Shown here in pieces: positions 20,030-28,984 of a stretch of 64,000 nucleotides of DNA. The notes beneath the pieces were generated by a model, which ran no database searches, was not told where the DNA came from, and saw only the letters and a program-made list of their open reading frames with translations. Position numbers and translations under genes: made by a program. The stretch lies in NCBI GenBank assembly GCA_041946735.1, contig JBHGAY010000001.1, positions 256,001 through 320,000 of the forward strand, written 5' to 3'. Source of the stretch: Candidatus Eiseniibacteriota bacterium (GTDB taxonomy: Bacteria; Eisenbacteria; RBG-16-71-46; CAIMUX01; VGJL01). Within the stretch, counting starts at the first letter, position 1; each line of letters opens with the position of its first letter.

Positions 20030-21211
20030 TCAGGCTTCGCTCCCCGCTTCTGCGGCGGGCAGGACGATCCGCGCCTCGGCTCCGCCCTCGGGATGGTTCG
20101 CCAGCTCGATCGTCCCGCCATGGGCGAGAACGATCTCCTGCACGAGGTGCAGGCCCAGCCCCGAGCCGCGGCTCTTCGTCGTCGAGAACATCTCGAACGC
20201 CCCACCCTGCTGCAGGCTCGGCGGCAGGCCGGGGCCGTTGTCCCGCATCCGGATCTCGACCCGCCGGTCGTCGAGAAATCGCGCGCGGATCGAAAGGACC
20301 GGCTCCGTATCTTCCCCCGCCGCATCGAGCGAGTTGCCGGCGAGGTTGATGAAGACGCGGAGCATCTGCAGCGGGTCGATCTGGACGATCCGCCGCCGCT
20401 GGCTCGCTTCGCACTCGACGCGCACCTCGAACGGCGGCCGTCCCGTCATGGAAAGCAGCTCGGTCTTCACGTTCTCGAGGAACTCGCCGACCGTCATCCG
20501 CGAAGGATGCGGCCGGATCGGCCGGATCATGAGCAGATAGTCCTCGGCCAGCCCCTCGATCCTCTGGATCTCTCGCGCGAAGAGCGTCAGCGTCTCGCGC
20601 ACACGATGGACCAGGACAGGATCGGCTCGGTCCCCGGCGGAGCCGATCAGCTCGTCGATCTCCTCCGAGAGGATCTCCGAATGCAGAACGAGGACGCCGA
20701 GCGGGGTTCGCAGCTCGTGAAAGACCTTGCCGACGACGCGCGCGAGCGCGTTCAACCGTTCCGCCTGGAGGAGCTGCTCCTGCATCGAGAGCTTCTCGGT
20801 CTGGTCGAGGAGGATCGACGCATGGCCGGCGAGACGACCGGCGCGATCGCGCACCGGGGCGCGGAAGACCTCGACCGGCAGGATCCGGCCGTCCTTCGCG
20901 ATCCTCTTCGAGGAGTACGAAACGACGCGCTCCTCCTCGGCGGCGCGCCGGATCTCGCGGTCCTCCATGGCGACCATCTCTTCGGGAAAGAGCTGGCTCA
21001 AGGGACGTCCGAGGATCTCGGCGGCGGCGTAGCCGAGCAGCCGTTCCGCTCCCAAGCTGAAGACGCGGATGCGGCGGTCGAGATCGGTGACGATGAACGC
21101 GACGGGGATCTGCCGGACGACCGCCTCGTAGTAGCCCTCGAAATCCGCCGGCTCGTGCGGCCCACCGCTCTTGCTCCCCGCCTCGCCGCCGGTCCGCCCC
21201 TCCCTGTTCAT
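20030..21211 (-). CDS. PAS-domain sensor histidine kinase
   Basis: PAS (AERLLGY..EILGRP, KDGR), FHELRTPL, NLAGNSLDA, DNGPGL, FSTTK..GSGLGL. Confidence 0.92.
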   Translation of the reverse strand: MNREGRTGGEAGSKSGGPHEPADFEGYYEAVVRQIPVAFIVTDLDRRIRVFSLGAERLLGYAAAEILGRPLSQLFPEEMVAMEDREIRRAAEEERVVSYSSKRIAKDGRILPVEVFRAPVRDRAGRLAGHASILLDQTEKLSMQEQLLQAERLNALARVVGKVFHELRTPLGVLVLHSEILSEEIDELIGSAGDRADPVLVHRVRETLTLFAREIQRIEGLAEDYLLMIRPIRPHPSRMTVGEFLENVKTELLSMTGRPPFEVRVECEASQRRRIVQIDPLQMLRVFINLAGNSLDAAGEDTEPVLSIRARFLDDRRVEIRMRDNGPGLPPSLQQGGAFEMFSTTKSRGSGLGLHLVQEIVLAHGGTIELANHPEGGAEARIVLPAAEAGSEA

Positions 21212-21336
21212 ATGCGCCGCAGTCTAGGCTCGCCCGCCCGGGACGGTCAATCGGCGCGCCAGGCCCGGCACAGAGGCGTTCGCGCGGGGGGAGGCGGACA
21301 GACGCCGGCGCTCGACGCGAGATCAGGGGCGCGAGA

Positions 21337-22134
21337 TCAGAACCGGAGGACGATCTTCGTGTCGGCCGTCAGGTTCGGCGCGAGGGTGCGCACGTATCCC
21401 GGGTCCATCTCCAGCTCGATCAGGATCGCCTCCTTGCGAAGCTGGCGGAGCTGATTCTCGATCGTCCCGCTTCGGAAGGAGCGGACGAAGGCGTCGAGAT
21501 TGCGACGCGTGCGCTTCCACCAGGAATCCGGCGGGATCCAGCCGTCGAGCACGACGACGAGGTTCCTGTCGAAGCGGAGCGTCGCGACGACCGGCACCGT
21601 CTTGACCTGGTTGATCCGGGTCCAGGTGGTATCGGCGCGGCTGGCGATCGCCGCGGAGTCCTTCACGGCGAGCAGAGGGATCTCCTCCCACCAGGTGTCG
21701 CGCTGCAGGACGAACGGCACCTCGCTGAAGGCGATTCGCGAGGTGTCGGCGATCAGCTCCTTCGACGCCCCGTTGTATTCGATCTCGCGAAACGGAACGC
21801 GCGTGAGGGGGACGCCCTGCATCTCGAGGCGAATCTCCTTCTGGGGGACGTCGAGAATCAGGTAGGGAATATCCTGCTTGCTCAGCGCAAGCCGGGCGCG
21901 GAGCACCGCGTTGGCGGTCCGCAGGCGGAAGTACTCCTCGGCGAGGTTCTCCTTCGCCTTCGCGTCCGTCGTCGCTTGCGGAGCCGGCTCGGTGGCCGGG
22001 GGCTGCTTCCCCTTCGCTCCCTTTCCCTGCGCAGCCGCCACGGCGCCCGGAGCGAAGCCGGAGATCAGAGCCAGGACAAGAATCAGGAGGATCCAGACGG
22101 TCCGGATCCGGACGCGGCCGAACGGCTTCGTCAC
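21337..22134 (-). CDS. Exported protein with degenerate YkuD/L,D-transpeptidase-like fold
   Basis: Signal peptide; YLILDV..KEIRLE and C-terminal LAPNLTADTKIVL parallel the neighbouring LDT, but no HxxxC. Confidence 0.65.
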   Translation of the reverse strand: MTKPFGRVRIRTVWILLILVLALISGFAPGAVAAAQGKGAKGKQPPATEPAPQATTDAKAKENLAEEYFRLRTANAVLRARLALSKQDIPYLILDVPQKEIRLEMQGVPLTRVPFREIEYNGASKELIADTSRIAFSEVPFVLQRDTWWEEIPLLAVKDSAAIASRADTTWTRINQVKTVPVVATLRFDRNLVVVLDGWIPPDSWWKRTRRNLDAFVRSFRSGTIENQLRQLRKEAILIELEMDPGYVRTLAPNLTADTKIVLRF

Positions 22135-22345
22135 TCTCGGTCCCCTTCCACCCTTCCCGTTCGAGCTTGTCGAACTCTCTCTGCCTCTGCGCGGCCGATC
22201 CTTCGCGTGGGATCGCGCCGCGTCCGTGCGACATCGATCACGCGCTGCGTCCGCGGTCGTTTCGGAGCGGCCCCCAGCGCAGCCCCCCGCTCGGGCGGCA
22301 CGTCTCGCACGCTCCCTCGCCGCGACATCCTCTTCAAGATGCGGA

Positions 22346-23005
22346 TCAGAAGATGTAGATCGGCGTGCCGACCTTCGTGTTGTCCCAGATCGTCTGCAGG
22401 TCGCTTCCGCCTACGCGGATGCATCCGTGGGTGACGCTCTGGCCGATGAACCTCTCGAAGATCGTCCCGTGGATCAGGTAGCCATTGCCGAAGTACAGGC
22501 CGTAATCGCCGAGCACTCCCGGCATGAACCGCTCCGCCGCATGCGCCGCGGGAATCGGCTCGCCGGCTTCGACGAACGCCCAGTCGGGCTGCACCCAGAC
22601 CGGATCCTCCATGCGGTTGCGCACCCGGTAGACGCCGCGCGGGGTCGAGAAGAACCAGCGCCGCCTCCCGAGGGAGTCGATCAGCTCGGTGTTGCTGCCG
22701 GTGGAGCAGGGAGCGTCGAGGAGGACATCGTCGCCGCGACGCAGATAGATCCGATTGAGCGTGGTGTTGACGACGATGAAGTCGTCCTTCGGAACGAGCT
22801 TCTCGAGCCGGCTCTCGAGCTTGCCGTTCTCCTTCTTCAGCTCCGCGATCTTCTTCGAGAGCATCCCCTCGTCGAGTCCGAGCGCGCGCGCGGCCGCCTG
22901 GTCCCCGCCCTTATCCTGGCAGCCGCCCAACAGGACTGCGCCGAGCAGGACGAGACCCGCCACCCACAAGAGCTTCATTCCGTTGTTCTCGAGTTGGATT
23001 CCCAT
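22346..23005 (-). CDS. L,D-transpeptidase lipoprotein (YkuD domain)
   Basis: LGGC lipobox, coiled coil, CSTG, FSTPRG, PVWVQPDW, LIHGT...VTHGCIR, VGTPIYIF; start approximate. Confidence 0.92.
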   Translation of the reverse strand: MGIQLENNGMKLLWVAGLVLLGAVLLGGCQDKGGDQAAARALGLDEGMLSKKIAELKKENGKLESRLEKLVPKDDFIVVNTTLNRIYLRRGDDVLLDAPCSTGSNTELIDSLGRRRWFFSTPRGVYRVRNRMEDPVWVQPDWAFVEAGEPIPAAHAAERFMPGVLGDYGLYFGNGYLIHGTIFERFIGQSVTHGCIRVGGSDLQTIWDNTKVGTPIYIF

Positions 23006-23191
23006 GGCCCTTTGCGACAACCCAGCGCCGCCACCCTTCCCTTTCGTCAGGCGAAAGCCGCCTATCGAAAATCGCCGATCATGGAACGGGCGGGCGGCCG
23101 GCCTAGAGCCTGCTCACCCGCCCTTTCCAGATCGTACTACACGAACCTGCTTGCGCCCACCCCACGTAGTGTGCGGGGGAAACGGGACGGA

Positions 23192-23866
23192 CTACTGACC
23201 CGCGGGGGCCCTGCCCATCATCTTGTCGATCGCCCCCTGGACCTCGGTGCCCAGGCTGCGGGCCTTCTGCGTCGCCTCGCCCGCCATGCGGGCGGCTTGC
23301 TTGTACTTCTCCTGCGCCTGAGCCGCGCGGACGTTCTCGAGAGACGCCTCGGTGGCATCCAGCTCCTGGCGGATCTGCTCGATCGCCTGACGCGCCTCCT
23401 TGGCGCGGACGAGCCGCTTCCCTTCAGGACTGTCGAGTTGCGTGCGGACGTCCGCGATCGCCTGCGTCGCCTCGGCGAGGTTGCGCTCCGCCTCCTGGCG
23501 CGCCAGCTCCTTGTTCTTCACCGCAGCGTCGGCAGCAGCCGCGCCGGCCGTCTGAGCGGAGGCAGCCTTCACCTTCGCCTGCTTGTAGCTCCGGAACAGA
23601 GCGAACTTCGCATTCTGCCGATCGATCTCGCTACGAGCCGCGGCGAGGGAGTCCTCGGCGGCGCGCAGCTCTTGCGGCGCATACTCCGCCGCTTCCTTCT
23701 GCTTCGCCTGATCGATGGCGGCCTGAGCCGCGCTCATCTCTGCCTCAGGCGGCTTCGCGCAGGAGGCAAGACCGAGCACCAAGAGAACCAGCACACCCGA
23801 CCAAACCGCCAGCGTGTAACGCCGGGACGAGCTTCGCCGACTGGGACCGCTCATGTTTACGGACAT
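23192..23866 (-). CDS. Alanine-rich coiled-coil lipoprotein (DUF4398-like)
   Basis: LASCAKPP lipobox, AQAAIDQAK..AAEYAP..L..AEDSL..A; start 23866 or 23854 after AAAGGAG. Confidence 0.8.
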   Translation of the reverse strand: MSVNMSGPSRRSSSRRYTLAVWSGVLVLLVLGLASCAKPPEAEMSAAQAAIDQAKQKEAAEYAPQELRAAEDSLAAARSEIDRQNAKFALFRSYKQAKVKAASAQTAGAAAADAAVKNKELARQEAERNLAEATQAIADVRTQLDSPEGKRLVRAKEARQAIEQIRQELDATEASLENVRAAQAQEKYKQAARMAGEATQKARSLGTEVQGAIDKMMGRAPAGQ

Positions 23867-23948
23867 CTCCTTTCGTCTCCTTGCCAGCACCCCCACCACA
23901 TCCCCCGTGGATGCAGCTTCCTGCCGAGCGCAAGACGACCTAGCCTTT

Positions 23949-23964
23949 TGCATAGGCCGTGCCA
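23949..23964 (-). promoter_or_regulatory. sigma54 (-24/-12) promoter
   Basis: Minus strand TGGCACGGCCTATGCA. Confidence 0.8.
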
Positions 23965-24099
23965 GAGATTGGACCCGCTCCGGAGGGCCGTCAAGCGCGA
24001 TCTCCGGGCGGTTTCCCGACCCGGGAACGGTCTCCCCGGACCTCGCCCGGCCCGATTCGAACCCGGCCGGGTGCATGAGTGGGATCCGAACGGAACATT

Positions 24100-24119
24100 C
24101 CGTCCCACGGATGGGACGG
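24100..24119. promoter_or_regulatory. Putative bEBP enhancer palindrome CCGTCCCA-CGGA-TGGGACGG
   Basis: Perfect 8-bp inverted repeat ~140 bp upstream of sigma54 site. Confidence 0.55.
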
Positions 24120-24277
24120 GTTTCGGGCTGGACGAGGGGGGCCGGGGAGGCAGACCCCGCCGCGGGCGAGAGCCGGCGCAGAGCGGCGGGAGGAGGGGGC
24201 GCGCGGGATGAGGAGACGACGGCCGGCGGCGGGAGGAAGGGGGGACGGGGAATCGTGAGGAAGTGGGGCGGGAAGTC

Positions 24278-25576
24278 GTGAGCGGGCGGATCGCGCGCGC
24301 AGCGGCGACAGGCGCGCACGAGGCGGACCGTCTTGCCGATCCCGAGGGGTTGCGGCGCGCTCTGCTGCGCTGGTACGGCGCGAATCGACGGGATCTGCCC
24401 TGGCGGCGCAGCCGCGATCCGTATCGCATCTGGGTGGCGGAGGCGATGCTCCAGCAGACGCGGATCGAGACGGTCCGTGACCGCTACGTGCGGTTTCTCG
24501 AAAGATTCCCCGACGTCGAGTCGCTCGCCCGCGCGGCCGAGCACGAGGTCGTCGCCGCCTGGTCGGGCCTTGGCTACTACCGGCGCGCCCGTAACTTGCG
24601 CGCGGCCGCGGCCCGTATCGTCGACGACCACGGCGGCGCCTTCCCCCACGATCCGGCCGCGGCCCTGGCGCTTCCCGGCGTCGGCCACTACACCGCCCAC
24701 GCGGTCCTGAGCATGGCGTTCGACCTTCCACTTGCCGCCGTCGACGGCAACGTGACGCGCGTGCTCGCGCGACTCACTGCGGCCCGCTCGATCGGCGACG
24801 CGCAGATCCGGGCGCTGGCCGCGCGCCTGCTCGATCCCCGCCATCCGGGCGAGATGAATCAGGCCTGGATGGAGCTGGGAGAGACGATCTGCGTGCCGGG
24901 CCGGGCTCCGCGATGTCCGGCCTGTCCCGTTCGGCGATGGTGCGTGGCGCACGCGAGCGAGACGGTCGATCTCCACCCGGGACGCAAGCCGCGCGCCGCC
25001 CCCATCATCGAGGAGGGTTCGCTCTGGATCGTTCGGGACTCGCGAGGCCGGATCCTGCTCGAGCGGCGCGAAGCGGCCCCGTTGCGCGGACTCTGGATGC
25101 TTCCGTGGACGAAGCGGAGCGCGGGGACGGGCGCCGGCGCGGCGGCGCCGGGCGGACGCGGTGGCCCTTCCCGTGGCGGGGAGCCGCTCGTCCGTCACGC
25201 GATCCTCGATCGCCGTCACATCTGCGCAGTCATCGACGCCGGGCGCGATCGCCAGGCAGTCCCTGGAGCGCCGGCAGGAGAGAGGCGCTGGTTCGCGCGA
25301 ACGCGAATCGCCGGGCTCCCCCACTCCTCGCTCCTCGACAAGGCGCTCAGCGCGTGGGATCTCTCCCGTCGGCGGCGAGCAGCACGTGCACGCGCCACGC
25401 CGGAGACGCCTCTGCCCCACGGGGCGGCTCCCCTTCCACAAGGGGATCGACGCCGACCCAGCCGCGCATCGCGTCGCGAAGCCGACCCGCCCCATCCGGC
25501 GAAGCCTCGGCCGCGATCCTCTCGAAGCGAGCCGCCGCCTCCTCGAACGACCCCGCGCGGACGACCGCGATCGTGA
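24278..25576 (+). CDS. mutY: A/G-specific adenine glycosylase
   Basis: RRDLPWR, EAMLQQT, WSGLGYYRRARNL, LPGVGHYTA, VDGNVTRV, four-Cys Fe-S motif, NUDIX-like C-domain; start approximate. Confidence 0.92.
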   Translation: MSGRIARAAATGAHEADRLADPEGLRRALLRWYGANRRDLPWRRSRDPYRIWVAEAMLQQTRIETVRDRYVRFLERFPDVESLARAAEHEVVAAWSGLGYYRRARNLRAAAARIVDDHGGAFPHDPAAALALPGVGHYTAHAVLSMAFDLPLAAVDGNVTRVLARLTAARSIGDAQIRALAARLLDPRHPGEMNQAWMELGETICVPGRAPRCPACPVRRWCVAHASETVDLHPGRKPRAAPIIEEGSLWIVRDSRGRILLERREAAPLRGLWMLPWTKRSAGTGAGAAAPGGRGGPSRGGEPLVRHAILDRRHICAVIDAGRDRQAVPGAPAGERRWFARTRIAGLPHSSLLDKALSAWDLSRRRRAARARATPETPLPHGAAPLPQGDRRRPSRASRREADPPHPAKPRPRSSRSEPPPPRTTPRGRPRS

Positions 25577-26690
25577 GGAGGCCTGCCTCGGCCGCCTCGA
25601 GCGCGATTCGCGCGGCCGCGGGCGTTCGGGCAGGATCGACGATCAGTCTCGCCGGGGCATAGTCAAGAAGCAGCTCGAGCGGTGGCGGAGCGTCCGGATC
25701 CCCGACGTGCCGCAGGATCGCAGGCGATCGCTCCCACCAGATCCGCGGAGCCGCCTCGAGGAGGAGCGACACGTCTCCGCCGCCGGTCTCGACGAGCCAG
25801 GCGGCGAGCAGACCTCGAGCGGCCTCGAGGTCCTCCGACGACCAGAGGACGAGCCCGTCGCGGATCCCGGCGACCGGCGCCAGCTCTCCCGCGACGCCGG
25901 CATCGATCGTCCCGATTTCGCTCGGCTCTTCCAGCGCTGCGAGGTGGACCTGCAGTCCCATCGCCCCGCGGCGCGCCCGCACGTGGAACCGGCGGCCCCG
26001 TTCGTCGAAGCGGGCGAACGTCGACGCGCCGCGCGGCGGAAGCGCGATCGCGAAGCGTCGCAGCAACTCCGCCGGATCGAGCGCGCTCGCGATCGAGCGC
26101 GCCGCCGCCCCGCCCCGGCACGCGATCGCTCCTGCCGGACCGAAGGTGAGGTAGGCGGGACGAACCGGCCGCCCCGCCTCGCGGGGATCCGCCGCCAGTT
26201 CCCCCAGCAGGGACTCGACCGGATCCTCGCGGCCGTGCAGGCGCGATCCGCCGGAGACGGCCGCCTTGAACGCCTCCGCCAGCTCCCCGGCGAAGATCTG
26301 GCGCTCGCGGAAGACCGTCTCCTGTCCCGGCCCCTCTCCCTGGGTCCCCTCGCGCGCGCGCTGCTCGTCGATCGTGCGAGCCGCCTCGAGCAGGATCGCC
26401 TCGGTCGACTCCGTGATCCTCCGTTCGATCCCGGGAGGCGTCGGATCGAAGGCGAACGTCCCCCGCGTCCACTGGACGGCGGTGAGCAGAAGCTTCTCGC
26501 CGGTGCGAAGCCCCTCGTCGGCGATGTCGAGGATCGATCCTTCCTCGAAGAAGACCCGGATCGTCCGGTCGCCGTGGCGAACCGACAGCGTGCCGGTCCG
26601 CCGGTTGAGCAGAAGAAACTGGCAGACGTCGAACAGGGGGATCGCTTCGAGCTTCCCCGAGAGAGCCGCTGTCGCGCTGGTCGGATTCAC
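25347..26690 (-). CDS. DUF4388 (PatA-N-like) domain protein fused to a degenerate PilT-like domain
   Basis: LSGKLEAIPLFDVCQFL..RRTGTL..GTFAF..ILLEAARTIDE; C-half resembles PilT without Walker motifs. Confidence 0.75.
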   Translation of the reverse strand: MNPTSATAALSGKLEAIPLFDVCQFLLLNRRTGTLSVRHGDRTIRVFFEEGSILDIADEGLRTGEKLLLTAVQWTRGTFAFDPTPPGIERRITESTEAILLEAARTIDEQRAREGTQGEGPGQETVFRERQIFAGELAEAFKAAVSGGSRLHGREDPVESLLGELAADPREAGRPVRPAYLTFGPAGAIACRGGAAARSIASALDPAELLRRFAIALPPRGASTFARFDERGRRFHVRARRGAMGLQVHLAALEEPSEIGTIDAGVAGELAPVAGIRDGLVLWSSEDLEAARGLLAAWLVETGGGDVSLLLEAAPRIWWERSPAILRHVGDPDAPPPLELLLDYAPARLIVDPARTPAAARIALEAAEAGLLTIAVVRAGSFEEAAARFERIAAEASPDGAGRLRDAMRGWVGVDPLVEGEPPRGAEASPAWRVHVLLAADGRDPTR

Positions 26691-26699
26691 TTTCAGGAT

Positions 26700-27776
26700 C
26701 TACGCCGCGAGGCGCGGCTTCGGTGCGAGCAGCGCCAGAAACGGCTCTTTCACTTGCGCCTGCACGACTGCGTCCTCGGCGCGCACGGTCCCGTCCTTGA
26801 CGAGCTGCATCAGGTGAGCGTCGAGAAGCTGCATCCCGTCCTTCTTCCCGGTCTGCATCAGGGTGGGAATCTGAAACGTCTTGCGCTCGCGGACCAGCGA
26901 GGAGATCGCCGTCGTCGAGATCAGGATCTCCACCGCCGCAACCCGTCCCTCGCCGTCGGCCCGACGCACGAGCCTCTGCGCGACGACGCCGCGCAGGCTC
27001 TCCGCCAGCATCACCCGGATCTGCGCCTGCTTCTCCTCGGTGAACGCGTCGATGATCCGGTCGACCGTCTGCGCGGCGCTCGCCGTGTGCAGCGTCCCGA
27101 GGACGAGCTGGCCGGTTTCGGCTGCGGTGATCGCGAGCTGCATCGTCTCGAGATCGCGCATCTCTCCCACGAGGATGATGTCCGGATCTTCGCGGAGCGC
27201 GGCGCGCAACGCCGATGCGAAGCTGACCGCCGAGACGCCGATCTCGCGATGATTGATCAGGCAGCGCGCGTTCTTGTGCACGAACTCGACCGGATCCTCG
27301 ATCGTGATGATGTGCCTCCGCTGCCGCTGATTGATGTGGTGGAGCAGCGCGGCGAGCGTGGAGGACTTCCCGCTCCCCGGCGGGCCGGTCACCACCACGA
27401 GCCCCTTGCTGAGGTCGGCGAAGCGGGCGATCTGCTCGGGCAGTCCCAGCTCCTCGAGGGAGAAGATCTGCGTCGGGAGGAGCCGGAAGGCGCCCGCGAT
27501 GCCACGGAGCTGCTCGAAGACGTTGCAGCGCACTCGCAGCTCCCCGGGCAGCTCGTAGGCGAAGTCGATGTCGCGGTCGCGCTCGAAGTGCTCGCGCTGC
27601 TCCTCGGTCATCATCTCGAGCAACAGGCGGCGGGCCTGATCTCCGGATAACTCCGGATGGGCGACCGGGAAGAGATCGCCGTGCAGGCGAAGCATCGGGA
27701 CCGAGCCGGTGGAGATGTGGAGGTCGGACGCCCCCTGCTCCTTCACCATCCGGAAGATCGCGTCGATCCGTGCCGT
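26700..27776 (-). CDS. pilT: Type IV pilus twitching motility ATPase PilT
   Basis: GASDLH, GPPGSGKS Walker A, TIEDPVE, ALREDPDIILVGEMRD, AETGQLVLGTLHT; apparent start is ACG at 27776. Confidence 0.92.
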   Translation of the reverse strand, partial: TARIDAIFRMVKEQGASDLHISTGSVPMLRLHGDLFPVAHPELSGDQARRLLLEMMTEEQREHFERDRDIDFAYELPGELRVRCNVFEQLRGIAGAFRLLPTQIFSLEELGLPEQIARFADLSKGLVVVTGPPGSGKSSTLAALLHHINQRQRRHIITIEDPVEFVHKNARCLINHREIGVSAVSFASALRAALREDPDIILVGEMRDLETMQLAITAAETGQLVLGTLHTASAAQTVDRIIDAFTEEKQAQIRVMLAESLRGVVAQRLVRRADGEGRVAAVEILISTTAISSLVRERKTFQIPTLMQTGKKDGMQLLDAHLMQLVKDGTVRAEDAVVQAQVKEPFLALLAPKPRLAA

Positions 27777-27928
27777 CTGCCCCTCCTGGCCGCTCCGGCC
27801 GCCGGGCGGCCGGGCGCCCCATGGTTCCTCCGGAGCGCCGAAACCGCTCCTTCGTAGATCGACCCTTTCGGCCGGCGGATTGACGGATTCGAGCCTTGGG
27901 CTCCCAACGGCGGGCGGCAAGCGCGCCA

Positions 27929-27981
27929 GGGACCGCCAGGACGCCCGGGACCCCAGGACGCCCGGGACCGCCAGGACGCCC
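27929..27981. repeat. 17-18-bp tandem repeat x3 (GGGACCGCCAGGACGCCC)
   Basis: Read directly in divergent intergenic region. Confidence 0.8.
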
Positions 27982-28101
27982 GGCCCCCCAGGGCCCGTCG
28001 AGGGGCCCGGCCAGGCGGAGCCGGCGGCGGCGGAAGTTGGCGCGGGGACGCGCATCGGCGAGAATCGAAGGGATGGTGAGGGGGGCCATCCCGGAGGACC
28101 G

Positions 28102-28944
28102 ATGCGCTCTACGAAGGTTCCCAAGGCCTCGAAGGCCTCCCAGGCAGCGAAGACCCAGGTGGCCCAAACGGCCCAGGAGACCCAGAAGGCTCAGGAGGCC
28201 CAGAAGGCTCAGGAGGCTGAAAGGGCCCCAGAGGCTCCCGAAGCTCCCCCGCCTCCCGCTTCCGGCCGCCCTCGCCGCGCCGGCCACGCGGCCCCTCCTC
28301 CTCTCGAGCGCAACATCCGGATCCTCTCCGGGCTCCGGGTCCGGGCGAGCCGGAGCCGCGGCCCGCAAGACCGGATCGCCGACGCCGTCACCCGCTTCTC
28401 CGGCAGCATGGCGTTCGTCTGGATCCACGCCGCATGGTTTCTCTTCTGGATCCTCGCGAACACGGGACGATTTGGCGTCCGCCCGTTCGATCCGTTTCCC
28501 TATGGCCTGCTGACGATGATCGTCTCGCTCGAAGCGATCTTCCTCGCGACCTTCGTGCTGATCACACAGAACCGGCTCTCGGCTCAGGGCGATCAGCGCG
28601 CCGAGCTGGACCTGCAGATAGGGCTTCTGTCCGAACACGAGATCACGCGCGTGTTGCGCATGGTCGACGCGATCGGCAGGAAGCTGGGGGTCGAGGAGGT
28701 GGCGCAGGAAGACGTCGCCGATCTGGAGAAGGACATCCGGCCGGAGGATATCCTGCGGGAGATCGAGCGGATCGAGGAGCGGGTGCTCCACCTGCATCAC
28801 CCGCACGGCAAGGAGCACGGGGAGCACGGGGAACACGGGGAGCACGGAGAGCACGGGGAGCACGCTTCCCACGAGCACGCTCCGACCGTGCGGCAACCGC
28901 CCGGATCCGAGCAGGGCGAGATCGAGGAGCCGCGCGAAACGTGA
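28102..28944 (+). CDS. DUF1003-family membrane protein with (HGE)n His-rich tail
   Basis: RIADAVTRFSGS, FDPFPYGLL..VSLEAIFL..FVLITQNR, DLQIGLLSEHE; GGAGG SD. Confidence 0.88.
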   Translation: MRSTKVPKASKASQAAKTQVAQTAQETQKAQEAQKAQEAERAPEAPEAPPPPASGRPRRAGHAAPPPLERNIRILSGLRVRASRSRGPQDRIADAVTRFSGSMAFVWIHAAWFLFWILANTGRFGVRPFDPFPYGLLTMIVSLEAIFLATFVLITQNRLSAQGDQRAELDLQIGLLSEHEITRVLRMVDAIGRKLGVEEVAQEDVADLEKDIRPEDILREIERIEERVLHLHHPHGKEHGEHGEHGEHGEHGEHASHEHAPTVRQPPGSEQGEIEEPRET

Positions 28945-28984
28945 TGCGCCGGCAACAGGCCGTCCGGAGGAGCGACCAGGAGCG

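Noticed and set aside
23867..25495. N-terminal extension of ORF 23192-25495 (767 aa)
   Set aside because: Antisense to mutY; real lipoprotein starts ~23866 after SD and sigma54 promoter
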